From contig JANMLN010000177.1 of assembly GCA_031372565.1 (NCBI GenBank), positions 1 through 57,822 on the forward strand: a stretch of 57,822 nucleotides of DNA, read 5' to 3'. Source of the DNA: Gemmatimonadota bacterium (GTDB lineage Bacteria; Gemmatimonadota; Gemmatimonadetes; Gemmatimonadales; Gemmatimonadaceae). Position 1 is the first letter of the stretch. Each line of letters starts with the position of its first letter. The notes beneath the pieces were generated by a model, which ran no database searches, was not told the DNA's origin, and saw nothing but the letters and a program-made list of their open reading frames with translations. Made by a program: the position numbers and the translations under genes. This document shows positions 38,145 through 48,456 of the stretch, in pieces.

Positions 38145-39188
38145 CTACAGCGGGTGAATCGCCTGGATCGCGAGGTAGAACAGCGACGCCATGATCGCCG
38201 AGGCGGGAATCGTCAGCACCCACGCCCACACGATGCTGCCCGCAATCCCCCACCGCACGGCGCGCAGGCGAGAACTCGCCCCCACGCCCACGATCGACCC
38301 CGTCATCGTGTGCGTCGTACTCACGGGAATCCCGAACAAGGACGCCGTGAAGATCACGAGCGCGCCACCGGTTTCTGCGCAGAAGCCCCCCACCGGGCGC
38401 AGGCGCGTGATGCGCGAGCCCATCGTGTGCACGATGCGCCAGCCGCCGAACAGGGTGCCAAGCGAGATCGCCGAGTACGCGCAGACCTCGACCCAGACCG
38501 GAATCACCTTGGTATCGGGCACGTAGAGGAAGCGCGCCCAGCCCGTCTCGTTCGCGAACTGCGGAGCCACCGACACGAGGAGCCCGACGATGATGCCCAT
38601 CGTCTTCTGCGCATCGTTGCCGCCATGCGAGAGCGACAGCATCGCCGATGAGGCCAGCTGTCCCGGGCGGAACCAGCGGTCGACCTTCCCGGGCGACGCG
38701 TTCTTGAACAGGTTGAGCACCAGCACCATCAGCCCGAAACCGAAGAGCGAGCCGAGCAGCGGGGATACCACGATGGCGGCCACGGTCTGCAGCCACTTGC
38801 TCGCAGCGCCCGTGGTGAGCGACGCCAAGCCGGCCTTCGCAATGCCCGCCCCCGCCAACCCGCCGATCAGCGCGTGGGATGAGCTCGACGGGATGCCGTA
38901 CCACCAGGTGATGAGGTTCCAGGCGATCGCACCGAGCAGGGCCCCGACCATCAGGTTGGGGGTGACGATCGCCGGATCGACGAAACCACTGGCGACCGCC
39001 TTGGCGACGGCCCCCTTCATCACCAGCAGCGCGGAAAAATTGAAGAAGGCGGCCCAGCAGACGGCCGCGAAGGGCGACAGCACGCGCGTGCCGACGATGG
39101 TCGCGATCGAGTTGGCCGAATCGTGGAAGCCGTTGATGAAGTCAAAGGCCAGCGCGATGACCACGATCGCGAGGACGTACGTGACCAC
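38145..39188 (-). CDS. pit: Inorganic phosphate transporter, PiT family
   Basis: NGFHD.AN.IAT, GIPSSSSHALIGG, HG.NDAQKTMG, GG.RI..T.G, GIPVSTTH. Confidence 0.96.
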   Translation of the reverse strand: MVTYVLAIVVIALAFDFINGFHDSANSIATIVGTRVLSPFAAVCWAAFFNFSALLVMKGAVAKAVASGFVDPAIVTPNLMVGALLGAIAWNLITWWYGIPSSSSHALIGGLAGAGIAKAGLASLTTGAASKWLQTVAAIVVSPLLGSLFGFGLMVLVLNLFKNASPGKVDRWFRPGQLASSAMLSLSHGGNDAQKTMGIIVGLLVSVAPQFANETGWARFLYVPDTKVIPVWVEVCAYSAISLGTLFGGWRIVHTMGSRITRLRPVGGFCAETGGALVIFTASLFGIPVSTTHTMTGSIVGVGASSRLRAVRWGIAGSIVWAWVLTIPASAIMASLFYLAIQAIHPL

Positions 39189-39192
39189 GGGA

Positions 39193-39804
39193 TCAGCTGT
39201 TCTTGAGCGAAATACTCTCGAGAACGTTCGATACGTCCTCGGTCTCGTCGATCGCCGACTCGATGGTGTCGTACAGGTCCTTCCACTTGATCACCTCGAG
39301 CGGATCGGCGCCCGGGCTGAACAAGGCCGCGATGGCCTCGCCGTAGATCTGGTCGCCCTCTTCCTCGAGCCGCTTGACCTCGTCGCCGGCAGCGGTCACC
39401 GATTGACGCTTGGTCATGTCGGTCACGGCGCGCTCGATCACGATGGCGGCCCGGTTGAGGATGTCGGCGAGTCGATGCGCCGGCTCCCGGATCTCGGTCA
39501 CGCGAAACAACTTGGCGCGCCGGGCCGTCCCGTCCACCAGGTCGATCACGTTGTCGAGGCGGTAGGCGAGCAGATGGATGTCCTCGCGGTCCATCGGCGT
39601 CACGAAGCTCTTGTCGAGGCGCGCAATCACCTGGCGCGTCAACTCGTCGGCCTCGTGCTCGATCGCCTTGATCTGGTCCACGAATTCGTTCAGCCGCTGC
39701 GGCTGCACGAACATCTCGGAGAGCAGCTTGGTCGAGTTGGTCATCCGGCGCGCCAACTCGCCGAACAACTGGAAAAAACCTTCGTCGCGGGGGATCAGGC
39801 GCAC
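39193..39804 (-). CDS. DUF47 (PhoU-like) Pit accessory protein
   Basis: EHEAD, FVTP.DREDI, LD.V.D, LEEEGD, IKWKD.Y..IE.A.D; directly upstream of pit; GTG start. Confidence 0.93.
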   Translation of the reverse strand: MRLIPRDEGFFQLFGELARRMTNSTKLLSEMFVQPQRLNEFVDQIKAIEHEADELTRQVIARLDKSFVTPMDREDIHLLAYRLDNVIDLVDGTARRAKLFRVTEIREPAHRLADILNRAAIVIERAVTDMTKRQSVTAAGDEVKRLEEEGDQIYGEAIAALFSPGADPLEVIKWKDLYDTIESAIDETEDVSNVLESISLKNS

Positions 39805-39864
39805 AGGAGTCCGGACTCGCTCAGCGTTGGAAGACGCGCGGAAAGCTACGGGTGGCGGCGGTTC

Positions 39865-39913
39865 GTCACCGGAACCCACCGGCGTCGTGACGCGGCCGTT
39901 ACGGAGGCGTTCA
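39865..39913. promoter_or_regulatory. Pho-box-like phased GTNAC repeats upstream of DUF47-pit
   Basis: GTCAC 39865, GTGAC 39887, GTTAC 39898, GTTCA 39909 (all in 11-bp phase). Confidence 0.55.
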
Positions 39914-40057
39914 CACCGTGGAAGCTACCGCGTGAGCCGCACCTGCGCTCGTCACCCGCCCCGTGCTCGAGCCCCACGCGGCCGAGATGGCAGAATTGCG
40001 CGGGCCGGCGTACTCTCCCGCCACGCCACGTCCCCCACGACTCTGCCCCGCTCCGCC

Positions 40058-42166
40058 ATGCCGCGTCTGACCGCACTCGCCGCCGTCCTGCTGCTCCCGC
40101 TTGCTGCCAGCGCACAGCGCGCGTCGGGCTTCTCGCTCGCCCAGCTCAAGGGATACCCCGTGCCAAGCGAGTTGGCGGCCGCGAGTCGCGCCAACCGGAT
40201 CGCGTGGGCGGTCGATGAGCGCGGACGTCGCAACGTCTACGTCGCCGAAGGCCCCGACTATCGCCCGCGCATGGTGACCGCCTACACGGTCGACGACGGA
40301 CAGGAGTTGACGTCGGTGCAGCTCTCCGCCGACGGGCAATGGGTGGTCTTCGCGCGCGGCGGCGAGCACTCGGCCAACTGGGAGGCGCCCGCGCCCAATC
40401 CGCGCTCCATGCCCTCGGCGCCGCGCGTGCAGCTCCTCGCCGTCCCGTTCTCCGGGGGCGCCGTGACCTGGCTCGCCGATGGCGACGAACCACGCCTCTC
40501 GCCACGCGGCGATCTCGTCGCCTTCGAGCGCGATCGCGCCATCTGGATCGTCCCCGTCGACGGCCGCGCGCCGGCCAAACGCGTGGTCAGCGCCAGCGGC
40601 ACGGCGGGCGACATCACCTGGTCGCCCGACGGATCACGGATCGCGTTCATCTCGGATCGCGGCGACCACGCCTTCATCGGAATCTTTTCTGACAGCCTGA
40701 CACCGATTCGCTGGATCGCCCCATCGACGTCCCGTGATGGGTCGCCCCGGTGGTCTCCCGACGGATCGCGCCTCGTGTTCACGCGCCGCCCGGGCGTCGG
40801 CGGTGCCCCCGACTCGGCACTCGTGCCCCGCCATCAGCCGTGGAGCCTGTGGGTGGCCGACGCGGCCACGGGGTACGGACGGGCGCTGTGGACCGCGCCG
40901 CGTACGTTGCGCGGCGGCGTGCCGGGCACGCATGGTGGAGCGAACCTGCACTGGGCGGCAGGCGATCGCATCGTGTTCTTGAACGAGACCGACGGCTGGC
41001 CACACCTGTACGCGCTCCCGGCCGCCGGCGGCACCCCGATGCTGCTCACCCCTGGCCGTTTCATGGTCGAGCACGTCACGATGAGCCCCGACGGGCAGTT
41101 CCTCGTGGCGTCGGCCAACACCGGACCCGACGCGCACGATCTGAACCGGCGGCATCTGCTCAAGATCCCGGTCGACCGGGCCGCCGCGCAGCTCCTGACC
41201 CCGGGTTCGGGCCTCGAGTGGATGCCCGTGGTCGTGGGAGACGGCACCACCATCGCGGCCTTCAGTGCCACGGCTGCGCGGCCAGCCGTGGCGATGGTCC
41301 TGGGCAGCGACGGCAGCGCCCCGCGACTGATCGGGGACGCCACCGTACCCCCCGACTTTCCCGCAGCGCAGTTGGTGACCCCCGAGCCGATCACCTTCGG
41401 GTCCACCAACGGGTTCTCCGTACACGGACAGCTCTTTCGTCCCGCAGCGGCAGGCAAGCGACCCGCGGTGATCTTCGTGCACGGAGGCCCGCCGCGACAG
41501 ATGCTCCTCGGCTGGCACTACTCCGACTACTACGCCAACACGTATGCCGTGAACCAGTACCTCGCGAGTCGTGGCTTCGTCGTGCTGTCGGTCAACTATC
41601 GCTTGGGCATCGGGTACGGCCGCGACTTCCAGCGCCCCGCACGCGCCGGCATGTCAGGCGCGTCGGAGTACGACGACGTCGTGGCAGCCGCCAAGTGGCT
41701 CGCATCGCGCACGGACGTGGACCCGGCGCGCATCGGGATCTGGGGCGGATCCTACGGCGGATTCCTGACCGCGATGGCCTTGGGCCGCGACTCGAAGCGC
41801 TTTGCGGCCGGTGTCGATGTGCATGGCGTGCACGACTGGACGGGCGAACGGGCGCGCGGACTGTTGCTGGTGGATCGCGTCGAGCAGATCCCCGACAAGG
41901 ACCGCGCGATCGCCGTCGCACGTGCGTCGTCCCCGATCAATCACGTGAAGAGCTGGACGAGTCCGGTGCTGCTCATCCATGGTGACGATGATCGCAACGT
42001 CCGCTTCTCGCAGACGGTCGACCTGGTGCAGCGCCTGTCCAAGCGCGGCGTGGAGTTCGAGGAGCTGGTGATCCCCGACGAGACGCATCACTTCATGAAG
42101 CACGCGAACAGCGTGCGCGCCGACTCCGCGACGGCGGCCTACCTGGAGAAGAAGCTCAAGCCCTGA
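40058..42166 (+). CDS. S9 family (prolyl oligopeptidase/dipeptidyl aminopeptidase) exported peptidase
   Basis: Signal peptide, WSPDG propeller repeats, VHGGP, nucleophile GGSYGG, HGDDD, DETH. Confidence 0.94.
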   Translation: MPRLTALAAVLLLPLAASAQRASGFSLAQLKGYPVPSELAAASRANRIAWAVDERGRRNVYVAEGPDYRPRMVTAYTVDDGQELTSVQLSADGQWVVFARGGEHSANWEAPAPNPRSMPSAPRVQLLAVPFSGGAVTWLADGDEPRLSPRGDLVAFERDRAIWIVPVDGRAPAKRVVSASGTAGDITWSPDGSRIAFISDRGDHAFIGIFSDSLTPIRWIAPSTSRDGSPRWSPDGSRLVFTRRPGVGGAPDSALVPRHQPWSLWVADAATGYGRALWTAPRTLRGGVPGTHGGANLHWAAGDRIVFLNETDGWPHLYALPAAGGTPMLLTPGRFMVEHVTMSPDGQFLVASANTGPDAHDLNRRHLLKIPVDRAAAQLLTPGSGLEWMPVVVGDGTTIAAFSATAARPAVAMVLGSDGSAPRLIGDATVPPDFPAAQLVTPEPITFGSTNGFSVHGQLFRPAAAGKRPAVIFVHGGPPRQMLLGWHYSDYYANTYAVNQYLASRGFVVLSVNYRLGIGYGRDFQRPARAGMSGASEYDDVVAAAKWLASRTDVDPARIGIWGGSYGGFLTAMALGRDSKRFAAGVDVHGVHDWTGERARGLLLVDRVEQIPDKDRAIAVARASSPINHVKSWTSPVLLIHGDDDRNVRFSQTVDLVQRLSKRGVEFEELVIPDETHHFMKHANSVRADSATAAYLEKKLKP

Positions 42167-42167
42167 C

Positions 42168-42327
42168 GTCGGCGTGAGCGCAGCGAAGGACCTGCTTCGC
42201 CCGCGCTGTCGTCCTGAGCGCAGCGAAGGACCTGCTTCTCACGCGCTGTCGTCCTGAGCGCAGCGAAGGACCTGCTTCGCCCGCGCTGTCGTCCTGAGCG
42301 CAGCGAAGGACCTGCTTCTCCCGTCCT
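42168..42327 (+). repeat. Tandem array of four 40-bp REP-like units
   Basis: GTCGTCCTGAGCGCAGCGAAGGACCTGCTTC + 9-nt near-identical linker, starting at 42168 (degenerate), 42208, 42248 and 42288. Confidence 0.95.
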
Positions 42328-42445
42328 GCTTGCCACCGCCTCCCCCCACGCGCCCTCACGCGCGCGTCACCGCCGGATTGCTTCAGGACGCGATGCGGCA
42401 CCGCCAGGGCTGGGGCGTGGCAAGCGGGTGCCGCCTGGGAGCGAC

Positions 42446-42476
42446 AAGCAGGTCCTTCGCTGCGCTCAGGACGACA
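42446..42476 (-). repeat. REP-like unit, inverted relative to the array
   Basis: AAGCAGGTCCTTCGCTGCGCTCAGGACGACA is the reverse complement of the array unit. Confidence 0.93.
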
Positions 42477-42485
42477 CGGACGCGC

Positions 42486-43241
42486 TCACGACGACACCAC
42501 GGCGTGCACCCCGGTCGTTCGACGCTCCACGCGTACTTCGTCCTCGAACAGGCGCACCAGCAGCACGCCGGCAACGAACCCTCCCACGTGGGCCCACACC
42601 GCGACGCCGCCCGACACCTCGCTCCGGAGCGGGCCCAGCTGCGCGAACGCCTGCGCCAGCTGGAGAAAGAACCAGTACAGCAGCACCAGCCAGGCGCGCA
42701 CCGGCACGATGAAGATCACGAACAGCATGTTCACCCGCACCATCGGATACAACACGAGGTACGCCCCCATGACACCGCTGATCGCTCCGCTGGCGCCGAC
42801 GGTGGGAACGGGCGAGCGCGGCCCCGACGCGACCTGCGCCGCCGCGGCGACCAACCCGCACACGATGTAGAAGGCCAGGTACCGCCGCCGCCCCATGCTG
42901 TCTTCCACCGCGCCGCCGAACACCCACAGAAAAAGCAGGTTGCCGAGCAGGTGGCCCCAGCTCCCGTGGAGAAAGATCGCGATCAACGGCGTGAACCAGT
43001 TGATCCACTGGTCATCGATCACGCAGGCCATGCCATGACCCATCGGGATGTACACCCCGACGGCGGTCTTGTGGGTCACCTCGCCCGGCACCATGCCGTA
43101 GTCGCACACGCTCGCCGCGAGCGACACCGGATTGAGCCCCGCGCCCTGCACCAACACCCAGACGAGTACCGTGACCGCGATCAAGCCGATCGTGATCACG
43201 GGCAGCCGCCCCGAGTCGTGTTCGTCGCCGAGTGGAATCAT
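42486..43241 (-). CDS. Rhomboid family intramembrane serine protease
   Basis: FLHG...HL.GN.LFLWVFG..VED..G, GASGAISG..GAY, VA.WAH.GGF. Confidence 0.95.
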   Translation of the reverse strand: MIPLGDEHDSGRLPVITIGLIAVTVLVWVLVQGAGLNPVSLAASVCDYGMVPGEVTHKTAVGVYIPMGHGMACVIDDQWINWFTPLIAIFLHGSWGHLLGNLLFLWVFGGAVEDSMGRRRYLAFYIVCGLVAAAAQVASGPRSPVPTVGASGAISGVMGAYLVLYPMVRVNMLFVIFIVPVRAWLVLLYWFFLQLAQAFAQLGPLRSEVSGGVAVWAHVGGFVAGVLLVRLFEDEVRVERRTTGVHAVVSS

Positions 43242-43270
43242 GCCGAGTAGAAACTAATATGGCCGATCTC

Positions 43271-43295
43271 TGCCAAAGTGACTGTCACATTGGCA
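43271..43295. promoter_or_regulatory. Palindromic candidate operator between the rhomboid gene and dnaK
   Basis: TGCCAA-a-GTGAC-t-GTCAC-a-TTGGCA. Confidence 0.55.
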
Positions 43296-43462
43296 TTTCG
43301 TATCCCCTTTTGCCGCATCATCTTACGCCAAAGCGGCGCGAAACAGCGGTCCCGAGCTTGCGTATGGAGTACCCGCGGGCGTCGGACTTGGGTCCGCGCA
43401 GCGTTCTCGTCCCAACCGACCGCGGGTAGGCGGCTTCGGTCCACTTCCTGGAGATTGCAGCG

Positions 43463-45391
<1,929 letters not shown>

Positions 45392-45413
45392 CGACGCCGC
45401 GGTAGCAACCCTC

Positions 45414-45450
45414 GGACACGGCGTTGGTGACGAAACCAGCGCCGTGTTTC
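45414..45450 (+). terminator. Probable intrinsic terminator after dnaK
   Basis: ACACGGCGTTGGT-gacgaa-ACCAGCGCCGTGT followed by TTC. Confidence 0.65.
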
Positions 45451-45511
45451 ATGTGTATACTCAGCAGCAGCATCGGTCCCTACGAACGATTCGCCACCCG
45501 GAGTCCCTCGC

Positions 45512-47089
45512 ATGTCTTCGTCCCGCATCAAGTTCGCCGCCGGCGTGACCGCCGCCTTCGTCGGTGGCGTCCTCTTCGCCTCCTCCCTCGATCTCGTGCC
45601 CTGGGGCCATGCCCAGTCCAGCGGCACGTCGCGGAGCCGTGCGCGCGAGATTCCCGAAGCCAAGGGACTCGCGGATCAGGGCAACGCCTTCGTGGCCATC
45701 GCGGAACGCGTGACCCCCGCCGTCGTGGCCATTCGCGCCGAGCGGGATCCGCGCAAGGCCGCCCAGCAGCGTCCGCAGCGCCGCGGACAGCAGCAGGTGC
45801 CGCCGGGACTCGAAGACTTCTTCGAGCAGTTCCAGCAGCGCGGACAGGCGCAGCCGCAGGAATCGAGCGGGTCCGGGTTCATCGTCTCGGGCGATGGGTA
45901 CATCCTGACCAACAATCACGTGGTCGAAGGGGCTGACCGCCTGACGGTCGCGCTGACGGACCATCGCACCTTCAAGGGGACCGTGGTCGGCCGCGACCCG
46001 ACCACCGACGTGGCCGTGATCAAGATCGAGGGCAACAACTTGCCCACGGTGCCATTCGGCGAGGACGAGCGCACGCGCATCGGAGAGTGGGTGCTGGCCA
46101 TCGGCAATCCGCTCGGGCTCGACTTCACGGTCACCGCGGGCATCGTCAGCGCGAAGGGGCGCAGCAACGAGCTGGGCCCCGTCCGCACCCAGTATCAGAT
46201 CTCCGACTTCATCCAGACGGACGCGGCGATCAACCCTGGCAACTCCGGCGGCCCGCTGGTGAACGTGCGCGGCGAAGTCATCGGCATCAACTCGATGATT
46301 GCGAGCCAGACGGGCTTCTATTCCGGCTACGGGTTCGCGATCCCGATCTCGCTCGCGAAGAACGTGATGGACGACATCATCAAGCATGGCCGCGTGCGCC
46401 GGGCCATCATCGGCGTGGCGATCAATGACGTCACGCCGGCCGACGCTGCCGTGGCGGGACTCAAGGAGATCCGTGGCGCGAAGGTGGGGTCGTACAGCAA
46501 CGACGATTCGCCCGCGAAGAAGGCCGGCATCGAGGAAGGCGACATCATCGTTCGCGTCGACGGCAAGGACGTCGACAAGGTGAGCACGCTCCAGCGCATC
46601 GTCCGCTCGCACGAGCCCGGCGAGGTGATCGACGTGGATGTCATGCGCTACGGGACGCGGAAGTCGTACAAGATCAAGCTGGCCGAGGCGCCATCCGACC
46701 CGCAGGTGGCCTCGGCTGCGCGCGGCGAAGTCCCTGACTCGGAGGGCACGGCGAGCGCGTCGGCCGACAAACTCGGGATCGTGGTCGAACCGCTGCCGGC
46801 CGACTTCGTCCAGGCGAACAATGTGCCGGCCGACCGTCGCGGGCTTCGCGTCACCAAGGTGAACCCGGGTGGCCCGGCCTGGCGTGCGCTCGGGCAGAAC
46901 GACATCATCTTCGGCATCACCTTCCCGGCCAAGCGTGCGATCCGGTCCGTGGCGGACCTGCAGGCGGTGCTCAAGGGACTCAAGGACGGTGACTACCTGG
47001 GACTGCAGGTGCTGGGCATCTTCCCGAACGCCGATGGCTCGGTGACGCAGCAGACGCGCATCGTGAACGTCAAGGTGGGGAGCGAGTAG
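45512..47089 (+). CDS. HtrA/DegP/DegQ family serine protease with PDZ domains
   Basis: GSGFI, TNNHVV, DVAVIK, QTDAAINPGNSGGPL, C-terminal PDZ-like regions. Confidence 0.96.
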   Translation: MSSSRIKFAAGVTAAFVGGVLFASSLDLVPWGHAQSSGTSRSRAREIPEAKGLADQGNAFVAIAERVTPAVVAIRAERDPRKAAQQRPQRRGQQQVPPGLEDFFEQFQQRGQAQPQESSGSGFIVSGDGYILTNNHVVEGADRLTVALTDHRTFKGTVVGRDPTTDVAVIKIEGNNLPTVPFGEDERTRIGEWVLAIGNPLGLDFTVTAGIVSAKGRSNELGPVRTQYQISDFIQTDAAINPGNSGGPLVNVRGEVIGINSMIASQTGFYSGYGFAIPISLAKNVMDDIIKHGRVRRAIIGVAINDVTPADAAVAGLKEIRGAKVGSYSNDDSPAKKAGIEEGDIIVRVDGKDVDKVSTLQRIVRSHEPGEVIDVDVMRYGTRKSYKIKLAEAPSDPQVASAARGEVPDSEGTASASADKLGIVVEPLPADFVQANNVPADRRGLRVTKVNPGGPAWRALGQNDIIFGITFPAKRAIRSVADLQAVLKGLKDGDYLGLQVLGIFPNADGSVTQQTRIVNVKVGSE

Positions 47090-47090
47090 C

Positions 47091-47119
47091 GAGCGACGGG
47101 TTGACGCCGCCCGTCGCTC
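47091..47119 (+). terminator. Hairpin after the HtrA gene
   Basis: GAGCGACGGG-ttgacgccg-CCCGTCGCTC; no U tail; loop contains TTGACG. Confidence 0.45.
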
Positions 47120-47142
47120 CGCACAGCCTTCGTGGTGTGCAG

Positions 47143-47226
47143 GCGAGCGTGGCGGAACTGGCAGACGCGCGGGACTTAGGATCCCGTGCCCGAAAAGGCT
47201 TGTGGGTTCGACTCCCACCGTTCGCA
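47143..47226 (+). tRNA. tRNA-Leu (anticodon TAG)
   Basis: Acceptor GCGAGCG/CGTTCGC-A, D-loop GGAACTGGCAGAC, anticodon arm CGGGA-CTTAGGA-TCCCG, long variable arm, GGTTCGACTCC; CCA not encoded. Confidence 0.96.
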
Positions 47227-47241
47227 CGTCGTAGAGGGCTT

Positions 47242-47277
47242 AGAGGGCTGGCCATTCTTCGGCTAGCCCTCTGCTTT
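47242..47277 (+). terminator. Probable terminator after tRNA-Leu
   Basis: AGAGGGCTGGCC-attcttc-GGCTAGCCCTCT followed by GCTTT. Confidence 0.6.
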
Positions 47278-47313
47278 GCCGATGATCGCGGCCCCCAGTC
47301 CGACACTAGCGCA

Positions 47314-47354
47314 TTGACTGGGCAGGTCACAGTTTCTGTAACGTGAAGTTGACA
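47314..47354 (+). promoter_or_regulatory. Candidate crt promoter/operator with a TGT-N12-ACA box
   Basis: TTGACT at 47314; imperfect palindrome GTCACAG-ttt-CTGTAAC at 47326-47342; TGTAACGTGAAGTTGACA at 47337-47354. Confidence 0.5.
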
Positions 47355-47406
47355 GGCGTCTGGGCGCATGCGTTTGCGTCGGAACACCGCCCCAGGCTCC
47401 GCGTTC

Positions 47407-48447
47407 ATGTCATTGGGTGCAGCCGCACCGATGGCAATTCCCAAGCGCAACGTCATGCCCGCCCTCCAGAGTCCGTCCAGTGCCCGAGCCGATGCCGCCC
47501 ACTGCGCGCGCATTGTGCGGCAACACGCCCGGACCTTCGCGCTCGCGTCGCGCTTCCTTCCGGCCTCCAAGCAGCGCGCCGCGTACGCGCTCTATGCGTT
47601 CTGCCGCGTCGCCGATGACATGGTCGACCTCGCGGTCGAGCACCGCGCCTCGGGCACGCAGAAGAAGCTGGCGGAGTACGATCGGACGCTGAAGGCGGCG
47701 TTTCGCGGTGATACGATGGCCGACCCGGTCTTCCGCGAGCTGCAGTGGGCGATTCGTACCTACGGCGTGCCGCTGGACGTGCTGCGCGAATTGGTGGCGG
47801 GCGTCGCACGCGATCTCGCGCCCGTGCGCTACCCGACGTGGGGCGAGTTGGCGCGCTACTGCGAGGGGGTCGCGAGCACGGTTGGCGAGATGTGCACGCA
47901 CGTCTTCGGCGTGAGCGGTGGCCATGAGACGCGGGACCGGGCGCTTCGCTACGCCCGCATTCTGGGAGTGGCCATGCAGCTCACCAACGTGCTGCGTGAT
48001 GTCGGCGAGGATGCCGGGCGGGGCCGCTGCTACCTGCCGGACGACGATCTGGCGCTGTTTGGCCTGACACCGGACGACATTCTCAGTGGACGGCTGAGCG
48101 CCGAGGACGAGCGCTGGCGCCCGTTCATGGCGTTCGAAGTGGGGCGCGCGCGGGCGCTGTACGAGATGGCCCGACCCGGCATTGCCCTGCTCGCCCCCGA
48201 TTCGCAACGCTGTGCCACCGCCTGTGCCGTGGGCTATGCCGGCATTCTCGGCGCGATCGAGTCGATCGGCTACGACACGCTGCAGGTGCGGGCGCGGATG
48301 AGCACCCCGCAGCGCGTGAAGCTGCTCTGGAACGTGTGGCGGGCCGAACCCGTTATGGCAGACGTGGTGGCCCTCGGCGAGGGGCCGTCCATCCGCTTCG
48401 AACTGGGCGAACCTGCCGGGCCCTTCGAGCGCGTCAAGCTCGCCTGA
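47407..48447 (+). CDS. crtB: Phytoene synthase
   Basis: HARTF.LA..FLP, ALYAFCRVADD.VD, YC..VA.TVG.M, LG.AMQLTNVLRDVGED..RGR.YLP. Start uncertain (47368/47407/47431/47455). Confidence 0.94.
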   Translation: MSLGAAAPMAIPKRNVMPALQSPSSARADAAHCARIVRQHARTFALASRFLPASKQRAAYALYAFCRVADDMVDLAVEHRASGTQKKLAEYDRTLKAAFRGDTMADPVFRELQWAIRTYGVPLDVLRELVAGVARDLAPVRYPTWGELARYCEGVASTVGEMCTHVFGVSGGHETRDRALRYARILGVAMQLTNVLRDVGEDAGRGRCYLPDDDLALFGLTPDDILSGRLSAEDERWRPFMAFEVGRARALYEMARPGIALLAPDSQRCATACAVGYAGILGAIESIGYDTLQVRARMSTPQRVKLLWNVWRAEPVMADVVALGEGPSIRFELGEPAGPFERVKLA

Positions 48448-48456
48448 GGTCGGACA

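Noticed and set aside
42168..42327. CRISPR array
   Set aside because: The 'spacers' are only ~9 nt and near-identical, the same unit is dispersed and inverted elsewhere, and there are no cas genes or leader.
42330..42574. Short ORFs containing VVLSAAKDLL / QVLRCAQDD peptides
   Set aside because: These are translations of the REP-like repeat, not genes.
43289..43315. Sigma-54 promoter at TTGGCA upstream of dnaK
   Set aside because: No GC at the required GG-N10-GC spacing.
47143..47300. tRNA-Leu as an integration site for a genomic island
   Set aside because: No integrase, I noticed no duplicated tRNA 3' end, and downstream genes have host-like composition.
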